This document shows positions 26,569-39,878 of a stretch of DNA of 64,000 nt, piece after piece. Each line of letters begins with the position of its first letter. Positions within the stretch are counted from its first letter, which is position 1. Below the pieces are notes generated by a model, which worked only from the letters and a program-made list of their open reading frames with translations, did no database searches and was not told the DNA's origin. Made by a program: the position numbers and the translations under genes. The DNA is from Macrostomum lignano (Eukaryota). The DNA lies in the NCBI GenBank assembly GCA_002269645.1, contig NIVC01000924.1:96970-160969 (forward strand), given 5' to 3'.

Positions 26569-27654
26569 ATGGCCACCTCTAGTCAGCTGCAATCAGTCAC
26601 CAATCTGAGCGTGCCTCAACTAAAGACGGCATTGCAAGCGCGCAAATTACCAACAAAAGGTAGCAAGGCTGCCCTACGTACTTGTCTGTGCGACGCGATT
26701 CTCAACAAGCGTCTAGCTGCTGACACCGCGAACAGGACTTCCCACAGGGAGCCACCGTGGGATTCTGACGGCTCGTCCAATGGAGGGAGCAGCCGGCGGT
26801 CCAAGGGGGGTGGCACCTCTTTGGGTGGCGCGGCTCTGGATGAGGAGATCCAGCTCACCCGATGGCGCATTGAACTGCTAAGGCTGCAGAAAGAAGAGGC
26901 GGAGCTGCAACGGTCGGTGGATAAGGCACCAGATAATCGCGGTAAGCTACCAGAATTTTTGAGCCAGTCTGCTTGCGCTGAGTCTGATAGGTGGTCCAAT
27001 GATAGTGAACTTGATGCTGCTATTTTTGCTCCAAGCAACGCTAGAGTTATATCCGGGTGGCTGCTTCGTATTTGCGACTTCATTGATGCCCCTGGCCAGG
27101 CTGACGAGCTTCTTGCGCAGGGTGAGACAGCCAAGCAGAATCTCAAGAGCAGTAGACCAAAATCTGTAGACTCTGTGACAGTCGGCCAATGGATTTCTGC
27201 CAATGCTAAAATTATGTATGCCATGCTGCAATCCGGACAGCTAGCGTCTCACGACACCGATAGTGAGCCAAAAAGTCTCTTGGACTACTTGCAGCACGTT
27301 ATCCACATCGGCGATTTGCTTGATGGGGGGTACGACTGGCAAGTCCTTCTTCGTTATGATGACGACCTGCATAAGTTCCAGCATGCAAACGCCTCCAAGT
27401 GGTCCCAGCCGCCTTTGTCTTTGATTTGTAAGCACCTTATGGCCCCAAAGAACCTTCATAGTCGGCAAGCCAGCCAGACTGGCCGCGGAGGCCGCCAACA
27501 ATTCGCTTCGCGAGGCCAAGCGGTCTGTGGACTGTTTAACAGCGCTACCGGATGTCAGAGAGACACCTGCAACTATCTGCACTGCTGTCGGATTTGTGGT
27601 GGCTCACATGCTGCTGCTAGCCACACCAACCATGCTAATCAAGCAAAAAACTGA
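26569..27654 (+). CDS. Gag-like ORF1 (361 aa) with N-terminal SAP domain and C-terminal Cys/His finger
   Basis: LSVPQLKTALQARKLPTKGSKAAL (SAP); YDWQVLLRYDDDLH…W; CGLFNSATGCQRDTCNYLHCCRICGGSH, typical of Ngaro/DIRS gag. Confidence 0.8.
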   Translation: MATSSQLQSVTNLSVPQLKTALQARKLPTKGSKAALRTCLCDAILNKRLAADTANRTSHREPPWDSDGSSNGGSSRRSKGGGTSLGGAALDEEIQLTRWRIELLRLQKEEAELQRSVDKAPDNRGKLPEFLSQSACAESDRWSNDSELDAAIFAPSNARVISGWLLRICDFIDAPGQADELLAQGETAKQNLKSSRPKSVDSVTVGQWISANAKIMYAMLQSGQLASHDTDSEPKSLLDYLQHVIHIGDLLDGGYDWQVLLRYDDDLHKFQHANASKWSQPPLSLICKHLMAPKNLHSRQASQTGRGGRQQFASRGQAVCGLFNSATGCQRDTCNYLHCCRICGGSHAAASHTNHANQAKN

Positions 27655-28196
27655 GAGAAGCGTCGCATGCAGATTCCATCGCCTGCGACGCCTTCTCTTT
27701 TAACTTCCTGCCTGCCCGCGACATCGCCCAACCTGCCTGCCTGCCTGCCTCCGACGTCGTTCAACCTGCCTGCCTGCCTGCCTCCGACGTCGCTCAACCT
27801 GCCTGCCTGCCTGCCTCCAATGTCGCTCAACCTGCCTGCCTGCCTGCCTCCGACGTCGCTCAACCTGCCTGCCTGCCTGCCTCCAACGTCGCTCAACCTG
27901 CCTGCCTGCCTGCCTCCAACGTCGCTCAACCTGTCTGCCTGACTGCCTCCGACGTCGCTCAACCTGCCTGCCTGACTGCCTCCAATGTCACTCAACCTGC
28001 CTGCCTGCCTGGCTCCGATGCTACCAAACCTGCCTGCTTGTCGGCCTCCGTCATCGACCCTGCCTACTGGCTAGCTAACGACTGTCCTCCGGTCAATCCC
28101 CGTCAGTGCAGCGACCTCGTCGTGGCTGTCTGGGAGGAGCGTCTTTGTGGAGATCCGGATAAGAATTTCCTTGTTGACAGTCTTCGTGCTAGTTTT
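27645..28196 (+). pseudogene. Start of pol (RT) ORF2, in the -1 frame to gag, containing a 33-bp repeat (PACLPASDVAQ)n
   Basis: Frame open from 27639 to 28196 and ends VWEERLCGDPDKNFLVDSLRASF, resembling the DIRS/Ngaro pre-RT motif (WxxxLxxHPDxxFLLxGLxxGF). Confidence 0.65.
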
Positions 28197-28221
28197 TGAA
28201 GCAAATTAACACAATTTTTGA

Positions 28222-28283
28222 TAAACAGCAGGAGTACCTATAACCTTATTATAAAGGGCTAAATGCCTTGTCATCTAATTAGT
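28222..28283 (+). pseudogene. Second degenerate 28S rRNA fragment (same region as 7557-7619)
   Basis: TAAACAGCAGGAGTACCTATAAC…GCTAAATGCCTTGTCATCTAATTAGT aligns to the LSU R2-site sequence. Confidence 0.82.
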
Positions 28284-28780
28284 ACTACATCTGTATTCTT
28301 TGGGGTGGGAATTTTTGCGACTTATCCCTGGTCTACCACAATTTACAATGGCCAAGTTGGCTAGCAGTTGCACATGGGGAAATCCAAAAATCGGGGGCAA
28401 GTTTTATGAAAATTCGTTTTTTGGCAATTTGAAAGCAATAAAGCTATAAAATAAATTTATTCAAGTTTTTAAAAAGTAAAAAAGTCTATTAAAGCACAAA
28501 TTATTTTCGTATAGCTTTATTTTTAATAAAATGATTTGTTAAAACGGTAAGTTTAATTACGACCTAAAATGAGTCTAATGAAAATGATTGAAAAGCTATA
28601 ATAATGTATTTTATTAACTTTAACTATATTATAATGTTACACTCTATAATTCTACAACATATTTAACATTATTTTAAGGTTTTATTTGTTTATCACTTTC
28701 GTTACTCTTGACAACGTGTATTTTGTAGAGTTCGTTTGCAATAAATTGTATTCAACGTAAGTTTATTATTTAAACATACA

Positions 28781-29482
28781 AATTCCCGTAAGGGTCGGAA
28801 AATTGCATTTTACTCAGCTTCTACTGAAGCGATTTGGAAAATTCTTTTTTTCCTGCATACACGCCGCGATGATACATGTTTTAGTGTAATTTCATTGTTC
28901 TTCGTCGCTTAATAAGCATACAGTAAGCATCTGATTTGGAAGCCGGGTAACACATTGGAATTCCCATAAGGATTGGAAAATTGCATTTTACTCAGCTTCT
29001 ACTGAAGTGATTTGGAAAATTCTTTTTTTCCTGCATACACGCCGCGATGATACATGTTTTAGTGTAATTTCATTGTTCTTCGTCGCTTAATAAGCATACA
29101 GTAAGCATCTGATTTGGAAGCCGGGTAACACATTGGAATTCCCATAAGGATTGGAAAATTGCATTTTACTCAGCTTCTACTGAAGCGATTTGGAAAATTC
29201 TTTTTTTCCTGCATACACGCCGCGATGATACATGTTTTAGTGTAATTTCATTGTTCTTCGTCGCTTAATAAGCATACAGTAAGCATCTGATTTGGAAGCC
29301 GGGTAACACATTGGAATTCCCATAAGGATTGGAAAATTGCATTTTACTCAGCTTCTACTGAAGCGATTTAGAAAATTCTTTTTTTCCTGCATACACGCCG
29401 CGATGATACATGTTTTAGTGTAATTTCATTGTTCTTCGTCGCTTAATGAGCATACAGTAAGCATCTGATTTGGATGCCGGGT
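28781..29482. repeat. 178-bp tandem repeat, ~3.9 near-identical copies
   Basis: GGAAAATTGCATTTTACTCAGC recurs at 28797, 28975, 29153 and 29331. Confidence 0.95.
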
Positions 29483-30457
29483 TCACATTTTGTGGTACCA
29501 TTTTTTACCCAAAAATTTTAAGTCTAAATATAGGCATATTACAAATACTAATGCTATGCAAGTTGATATTTAAATGAAAGAAAACAACTTAAAGATTATT
29601 TTGCAACAAGGAATTAGCGATATATTTACTTTTAGAAAAAGATGTTTGCTGGCAAACTTTGCACTTTATATTAGTATGAATTTTTGCGAGTTTATATGGT
29701 TTTAGAAAAACTTTAAAATCCTTAGAAATACTTCATCTTTTTGAATTGAATAAAAAGTAAAACACAGATTACTTTCTGTTTTGTAAGTAGTAAAAAAATT
29801 AGCCTTCTCTAAGGCCTACAAGTCTTAAAATTAATTGTTTAATAATGAAAAAAAGTGAAACAAAAAATTGCAAATCGGTCAACTCGGACTTTCAAAATGC
29901 TTTTTTGTGGTTTTTTCTTGTTTATTCAACAATATAAAGCATGAAAACAATAGTTTTTATCCAGAACTATTTTCTAAAGACCTATCTATCTTTCAAAAAC
30001 CTTTTTTAGATACATTACTTTCCATCGAATGTCCGCAGATTTGTTTTACCGTTTTATCCCACGTTTTTGGATTTCGCCACATATATAAGGCAAATTCAAA
30101 TACATTCATAATGTTGTAACTTCTCTTTAGACTTATATTTTTGTTCTTTCTTTGCATCTTTGGTCATTGACATTGCCATTAATGTTAGGCCTAACAATGA
30201 ATTTGTCATTAGGCCTAGGCCTAACTCAATAAAATTTTAACACAAAATTGTTATCTATAACTTCAAAAAATCTTAATGGCAGTCCATTAAAGGTCTGTTA
30301 ACATTAATGAAAAATCTTAACACTTATTAATGGATTAATGCTTATTAACAGACTGGTGCCTAATGCTGCCTATCAGTAGGCCTATCACTATTCACTATCA
30401 ACATTATCATTGATTAATTTAATTAAAATGCCCCTAAAAATTAAAAAATTGACCTAC

Positions 30458-30799
30458 CAGAACTTCCTTGCAGATCTTCTGAAGCTCGCTCTCAATCTTA
30501 AGACGATATTCTTTTCCCATGGCAAGTTTGGCGTTGGACTTGTCATTTGCACTCTCACTCTTGCTTTCAATGCTGGAAATTACTCTCCAGGATGAACGAC
30601 GAGCTCCAACGACATTTTTGTAAGCAACGGAGAGAAGGTTTCGTTCTTCGTTGCCAAGCTCTTGGCCCTTCTCGGTAACGGACTTCATAGCTTCTGCCAT
30701 GTCATCGTACCTTTCAGCTTGTTCAGCTAACTTTGCAATATGAACAAGATCATCGCGAGAATAAGAACCAGAATTCAGCCATTCAGTAAAAGAAGCCAT
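30458..30799 (-). CDS. 14-3-3: 14-3-3 protein, exon 1
   Basis: [13 protein letters not shown]…[28 protein letters not shown]; phase-0 donor CTG|GTAGGT. Confidence 0.97.
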
Positions 30800-31944
30800 T
30801 GCAGGACAAAATTTTAAATAATAGGATTATGAATTTATGCACAAATTTCCGCTTGTTAAAGCGCAATCAATCCAGAGATCAATAATTTTGATTCTAGCAA
30901 GTCGCAACGCTCTCAATGTTAAAGGAGATGATGATTGATTGATGATGTAGACAACAAATATTTCTTCCTTTATTTTAAATTTTTGCTACAATGAGTAGTA
31001 TAACAATTTCAACGCAGATAATCATAAAATTTGCACAGACTTCAAAATTAATTACTTCTGATATTCGTTTTTATTGTTCTTAATTTATTGATTACTTTTT
31101 AAGAAAAAAGTTACTGTATCTTTGAGTATATAGGACCCATGTACAAATTTAAAGAAGACATCTTTGCAAATTTTTCGCCTGCACGCGTGCGTGATTATAT
31201 TTGCTTTTGAAGAATGCGTGATTGTGATCGTATCGAAAAATCAGCAACTGTTTGTTTTTTCCTTACAATCAAGATTACCGTTACACTATGACTCTATGAG
31301 TCCATTAACTATAAATTATCGAAGTGTACTGCTAACGGGATGATGGGAGCATTTACTTCTGGTTTAGTTGTCTACTATACAAACAATACAACAAGCTTAA
31401 ACAGTAGATACTACCATAAAAAACATCAATGTAGTGAAATCAAACCTAGCCTAGATCCAACTTTTAGTAAATATTTATCTGATTTTTTAAAACAATCAGT
31501 CACACGCGTTCTAGAGCAGAAGCATGGCTCTGGCCATCCGTCCATCAGCTCATAACAGTCCCGAAAAATCGCTGTTGCACAGTGAATTCAAAGCAAATTC
31601 ATGAGTTTTTGCAGTTAATTGGCCCTTTTTTATTTTATTTTAGGCTGCTCCTCGATAATAACGCCTCGATCTAATTATTCCAATATTAATTCATTATTGT
31701 TTAGTGAGTACAGAAGACATTCAAGAGTTCACACCTATTCCTTGGAACAAAAATATTTGTGTCACAAATATCGGTGTCTTAGGATTTATTTTCCAGCTTT
31801 ATTGTCTTTTTATTCTTTTCTCTTTTTGGTGTCAAGTTTTGTATATTGAAAAAAGGTGATATACACATCACAACTTAGGTAATTCAACTAAATACTATCA
31901 CTCAACAAAAAACAAATTCTATTCAAGCTCATTCTGGACACGAA

Positions 31945-33785
<1,841 letters not shown>

Positions 33786-33916
33786 CTGCTTAACTTGGGA
33801 ATTTTGTAAAGATTGTTATATCCAGCTCAGTTTGCTTTCTGAAAAATTCATTTTGATGACTTGCAGATTAGCTGCATCCTAAATGGAAATCTGCTTAGAT
33901 ATTCTGAGTGATAACT

Positions 33917-34972
33917 CCCCCTAGAGTGTGATGGCGCCCTCCCCTAGAGTAAGAGCCCCTCCCCCTAGAGTGTGATGGCGCCCTCCCCTAGAGTAAGAGC
34001 CCCTCCCCTAGAGTGTGATGGCGCCCTCCCCTAGAGTAAGAGCCCCTCCCCCTAGAGTGTGATGGCGCCCTCCCCTAGAGTAAGAGCCCCTCCCCCTAGA
34101 GTGTGAGGGCGCCCTCCCCTAGAGTAAGAGCCCCTCCCCCTAGAGTGTGAGGGCGCCCTCCCTAGAGTAAGAGCCCCTCCCCCTAGAGTGTGAGGGCGCC
34201 CTCCCCTAGAGTAAGAGCCCCTCCCCTAGAGTGTGAGGGCGCCCTCCCCTAGAGTAAGAGCCCCTCCCCCTAGAGTGTGATGGCGCCCTCCCCTAGAGTA
34301 AAAGCCCCTCCCCCTAGAGTGTGATGGCGCCCTCCCCTAGAGTAAGAGCCCCTCCCCCTAGAGTGTGATGGCGCCCTCCCCTAGAGTAAGAGCCCCTCCC
34401 CCTAGAGTGTGAGGGCGCCCTCCCCTAGAGTAAGAGCCCCTCCCCCTAGAGTGTGAGGGCGCCCTCCCCTAGAGTAAGAGCCCCTCCCCTAGAGTGTGAT
34501 GGCGCCCTCCCCTAGAGTAAGAGCCCCTCCCCCTAGAGTGTGAGGGCGCCCTCCCCTAGAGTAAGAGCCCCTCCCCCTAGAGTGTGATGGCGCCCTCCCC
34601 TAGAGTAAGAGCCCCTCCCCCTAGAGTGTGAGGGCGCCCTCCCCTAGAGTAAGAGCCCCTCCCCCTAGAGTGTGATGGCGCCCTCCCCTAGAGTAAGAGC
34701 CCCTCCCCTAGAGTGTGATGGCGCCCTCCCCTAGAGTAAGAGCCCCTCCCCTAGAGTGTGATGGCGCCCTCCCCTAGAGTAAGAGCCCCTCCCCTAGAGT
34801 GTGATGGCGCCCTCCCCTAGAGTAAGAGCCCCTCCCCCTAGAGTGTGATGGCGCCCTCCCCTAGAGTAAGAGCCCCTCCCTAGAGTGTGATGGCGCCCTC
34901 CCCTAGAGTAAGAGCCCCTCCCCTAGAGTGTGATGGCGCCCTCCCCTAGAGTAAGAGCCCCTCCCCTAGAGG
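33917..34972. repeat. 43-44-bp dimeric minisatellite (CCCCTAGAGTGTGATGGCGCCCT + CCCCTAGAGTAAGAGCCCCT), ~24 copies
   Basis: Period 44 (33921, 33965). Confidence 0.96.
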
Positions 34973-35482
34973 ACAGGAACGAAAGAGCCCCCCCCCCTAG
35001 AGTGTGATGGCGCACCCCTGTGTGATGCCAACAAATGAGAATTTGTGTACATGTAGTACTCAACCAAATTATAAGTTAATATCATTGATGGTATATCTGC
35101 ATTATATTGTTATTGCTTGTAGCAGTTATTAATTTAATCCATCCTTTTTCAAGTTGTGTTTCTGCCTATGCACTCGATCTAGATTATGTCCAGCTGTACT
35201 AAAATGGATTTTCTGAATTGTTATAAAAATATACCCCGCGTATATAAAGCATTCAGATTTATTTGCAAACTTATTATCAGTTTCCTTAACAGAACTTTCT
35301 CAGTGGCTTTTGGCTGACAGGAATTTGAATTGATTTGAATTTGAATAGAAGCAGAAACGGCGTGCTGAAATTCCAAAGTGACTCAAGCTTTTTTTTCAAA
35401 GAGCAACTCTTTCCAGATGTCTGCACAGTGTCTTGGAGCCGGCAGGGTGTCTTCGGGTCTTCAGGGTGTATAAGGGTCTTCA

Positions 35483-37345
35483 TGGTGTCTTAGGGGTCTG
35501 CAGGGTGTCCTAGGGTCTGCAGGGTGTCTTTGGGTCTTCATGGTGTCTTAGGGGTCTGCAGGTTGTCTTAGGGTCTGCAGGGTGTCTTAGGGGGTCTGCA
35601 GGGTGTCTTAGGGGTCTGCAGGGTGTCTTAGGGTCTGCAGGGTGTCTTAGGGTCTGCAGGGTGTCTTAGGGTCTTCATGGTGTCTTAGGGTCTGCAAGGT
35701 GTCTTAGGGTCTGCAAGGTGTCTTAGGGTCTGCAAGGTGTCTTAGGGTCTGCAGGGTGTCTTAGGGTCTGCAGGGTGTCTTAGGGTCTGCAGGGTGTCTT
35801 AGGGTCTGCAGGGTGTCTTTGGGTCTGCAGGGTGTCTTTGGGTCTTCATGGTGTCTTAGGATCTTCATGCGGTGTGTCTTAGGGTCTGCAGGGTGTCTTA
35901 GGGTCTGCAGGGTGACTTAGGGTCTACAGGGTGTCTTAAGGTCTACAGGGTGTCTTAGGGTCTTCATGGTGTCTTAGGATCTTCATGCGGTGTGTCTTAG
36001 GGTCTACAGGGTGTCTTAAGGTCTACAGGGTGTCTTAGGGTCTTCATGGTGTCTTAGGGTCTGCAGGGTGACTTAGGGTCTGCAGGGTGACTTAGGGTCT
36101 ACAGGGTGTCTTAGGGTCTGCAGGGTGTCTTAGGGTCTTCATGGTGTCTTAATGACGTCTTAAGGTCTTCAGGGTGTATTAGGGTCTTCATGGTGTCTTA
36201 GGATCTTCATGCGGTGTGTCTTAGGGTCTGCAGGGTGTCTTAGGGTTTACAGGGTGTCTTAAGGTCTGCAGGGTGTCTTAGGGTCTTCATGGTGTCTTAG
36301 GGTCTGCAGGGTGTCTTAGGGTCTGCAGGGTGACTTAGGGGTCTACAGGGTGTCTTAGGATCTTCATGCGGTGTGTCTTAGGGTCTGCAGGGTGACTTAG
36401 GGGTCTACAGGGTGTCTTAGGATCTTCATGCGGTGTGTCTTAGGGTCTGCAGGGTGTCTTAGGGTTTACAGGGTGTCTTAGGGTCTGCAGAGTGTATTAG
36501 GGTCTTCATGGTGTCTTAGGATCTTCATGCGGTGTGTCTTAGGGTCTGCAGGGTGTCTTAGGGTTTACAGGGTGTCTTAAGGTCTGCAGGGTGTCTTAGG
36601 GTCTTCATGGTGTCTTAGGATCTTCATGCGGTGTGTCTTAGGGTCTGCAGGGTGACTTAGGGTCTACAGGGTGTCTTAGGGTCTGCAGGGTGTCTTAGGG
36701 TCTTCATGCGGTGTGTCTTAGGGTCTGCAGGGTGTCTTAGGGTTTACAGGGTGTCTTAAGGTCTGCAGGGTGTCTTAGGGTCTTCATGGTGTCTTAGGGT
36801 CTGCAGGGTGACTTAGGGTCTGCAGGGTGACTTAGGGTCTACAGGGTGTCTTAGGGTCTGCAGGGTGTCTTAGGGTCTTCATGGTGTCTTAATGATGTCT
36901 TAAGGTCTTCAGGGTGTATTAGGGTCTTCATGGTGTCTTAGGATCTTCATGCGGTGTGTCTTAGGGTCTGCAGGGTGTCTTAGGGTTTTCATGGTGTCTT
37001 AGGGTCTGCAGGGTGACTTAGGGTCTGCAGGGTGACTTAGGGTCTTCATGGTGTCTTAATGATGTCTTAAGGTCTTCAGGGTGTATTAGGGTCTTCATGG
37101 TGTCTTAGGATCTTCATGCGGTGTGTCTTAGGGTCTGCAGGGTGTCTTAGGGTTTACAGGGTATCTTAAGGTCTGCAGGGTGTCTTAGGGTCTTCATGGT
37201 GTCTTAGGGTCTGCAGGGTGACTTAGGGTCTGCAGGGTGTCTTAGGGTCTTCATGGTGTCTTAATGATGTCTTAAGGTCTGCAGGGTGACTTAGGGTCTA
37301 CAGGGTGTTTTAGAGTCTACAGGGTGTCTTAGAGTCTGCAGGGTG
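35483..37345. repeat. 19-bp minisatellite TTAGGGTCTGCAGGGTGTC with higher-order variants
   Basis: Period 19 at 35761/35780; CTTCATG and CTACAG variants recur in blocks. Confidence 0.96.
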
Positions 37346-38531
37346 TTTTAGAGTTTTTGTATTTATAAAATGTAATAATTTTCACACACAAATTTCAGGC
37401 AAAGTTCTGAAAGGGGTTTCAGGCAAAATTTTGATAAATATTGTCATTCTTCGAAAGTCGGTACTTTTTCATCTGGTTTTTGGGTCTCCAACTGTATTGA
37501 GAATACTGAAAATTTATAATATTAACTGTTATTTTAATTTAACCAGCCATTTTGCTAATTACTAATTACTTATTACATTTTGATAATTTATGCAGTTGAG
37601 ACATTGGTCAATACTCGATGGCAAAGAATAATAAGTAATTGGCAAATAATGGACTCGATAAAGTTTTGATTATGATCTGAGCATTATAGTTCTCTAGTGA
37701 ACTGCTCTAGTACAGAGCCGCAGGAGCAGCAAACAAAAAAGGGAAGAATTACACGTAGAAGCACGTAACATCGTAGATTTTCGATCAACCTCGTAGAATA
37801 AGCGTCGCTACTGTTTGATGCTTCCGAATTGAAAGCCACCGACAGGCAGACAGACAGGCAGAGACAGCCATTTCAACTTCAAATGATGTTTCCGAAAAAA
37901 TCTACTGCGTCGAAAGAGTAGCTAATAAAAGAAACAAATTTATTGTTTGCTTTTTCTGCAAATCGGAATTCACTTTTCAGCCACGCTACAGAGATTCAGG
38001 GAGTTCCAAACAGAAGTCTGGAGCTAATTTGCTCGTAACTTGTACACCTTCAGAAACCTTTGAATTTGCTTAAATTCATAAATACATGTAATTAGAATCC
38101 GACTTTCTGAGTCCCTAGATATAATCTTGCTCAGGATGCACAGATAACCAGACTTCCGTATCAACAGACATGTACACTCTCCATGTGCCTTGGAGCTTTG
38201 GCCCTCATGAACGCGCCAAAGGTTTAATACGAACACAAACTGGCGATTTTTTAAAGATATTTTTCTGCAATTTTTATTTGCAAGCTAGTAAAATTCAATC
38301 CTGAGCTACCAGCTTCTAATCCAGAGCTCTAACCCGAGTCGTCCATGGATGTTCTTTTAGATCAAACGCAGCGCACCGACAAGCAAAACGGGCCGAAAGG
38401 CTTTCTCTTTTTCCAGAAGAGAGCAATTGTTGCTGCCGAACTAATTGTCTAGACCGTCTATAAAATCAGTTAATTTGTTTGTCGTCGGCGCTGCATCAGG
38501 GCGCGATAAAGAGTGCTAGCGAGCTCTAGCG

Positions 38532-39278
38532 ATGGGTTGCTGCCGAACCAGCCTTCTGACACTTTTAGCCCTCCTATTGCTGGCTAAACTGTCAACGGCT
38601 CTTGACTGCCCACCTCCGTACGCCATCGAGGCTGGCAAGTGTATTTATACTAGACGAAACGATATCTACACCTGGTGCCAGGCGAACGAAATCTGCCAGT
38701 CGATGGATGGCGAACTCATCAACCAGTACGAATCGTTGAAGGTGCTCGACAACATGCCCAGTGCAGTGTGTGCTGGCTGCAGGCTGTGGTACGGAGTCAG
38801 CGACCTGGCGGACGAGAGAGACACCCTTAAGGGCGGCTGGCAGCGGATCAACGACTATGGAAATGTACCCTACAACACCTCCCTGTGGTACATGGGTATG
38901 CCTAGTAGCCTTGGCAACCAGGACTGCATATCTAGCTCAACTGCCACTGTGCAGTTCATTGACACCGAGTGCTCAAACCTTCGCGGATTCATGTGCGAAT
39001 ACGTCGCCCCCAAGTCAACTGTTCCGGCTTTCAAGCTGGCCGTCTGGAAACGGACCCAGTTCAAACGGACCAGCTACAACTACGACGCTAACTACTGCTT
39101 CAAGGACGTCGAAGTGGACAGCGTGATTGAATGCGCCGCCGCTGCAACCAGCGAGGGCAGCACCAGGCGGGCTCTGTTAAACACGATGACTAAGAAGTGC
39201 CGTCTGCTGCAGTTCACGGATGCCCAGGTTGATGAATGGATTGAGACTGGCGCCAACTGGGTCAAGTTCAGCGTCTGA
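38532..39278 (+). CDS. Secreted C-type lectin-domain protein with a C-terminal PAN/apple-like module (248 aa, intronless)
   Basis: Signal peptide; CP…GKCIY…WCQANEIC….GEL; WYGVSD…G.WQ; DC…DTECSNLRGFMCE; then C…VDSVIECAAA…N…KKCRL. Confidence 0.85.
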   Translation: MGCCRTSLLTLLALLLLAKLSTALDCPPPYAIEAGKCIYTRRNDIYTWCQANEICQSMDGELINQYESLKVLDNMPSAVCAGCRLWYGVSDLADERDTLKGGWQRINDYGNVPYNTSLWYMGMPSSLGNQDCISSSTATVQFIDTECSNLRGFMCEYVAPKSTVPAFKLAVWKRTQFKRTSYNYDANYCFKDVEVDSVIECAAAATSEGSTRRALLNTMTKKCRLLQFTDAQVDEWIETGANWVKFSV

Positions 39279-39524
39279 AGATCTACCTGAATATGAGCAG
39301 GAATCGATCAAAAACATTAACTCTTTTTAAGCAGCAGAATTTTAATCAACACAAATATAACCAACTAGCCTATAAAAACGATTTTCGTTTGCAATAACAA
39401 CCCGACGAGTTTAGAGTTTTTCAAAAATAAAGTTAAGATTGTTAGCTATACTACTTTAAAGCGTAAATATCAGACCTGAGGATTATTGGTTGTTCCTCAA
39501 TCTATCAGATCTATCAATCTATGA

Positions 39525-39878
<354 letters not shown>

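Larger units (their letters stand above)
26361..28196 (+). mobile_element. 3'-truncated tyrosine-recombinase retrotransposon (Ngaro/DIRS group) fragment
   Basis: GC-rich leader, gag ORF and start of RT ORF; flanked by a 12-bp direct repeat TGAAGCAAATTA (26349-26360, 28197-28208). Confidence 0.8.

Noticed and set aside
28781-29482. Hammerhead ribozyme (retrozyme) in the 178-bp repeat
   Set aside because: Closest core is CTGAGTA on the minus strand, not CTGANGA, and no convincing stems were found by eye.
33917-37345. CRISPR-like appearance of regular short repeats (also 49818-50097, 58738-59990)
   Set aside because: Units are contiguous with no unique spacers, there are no cas genes, and the context is eukaryotic.
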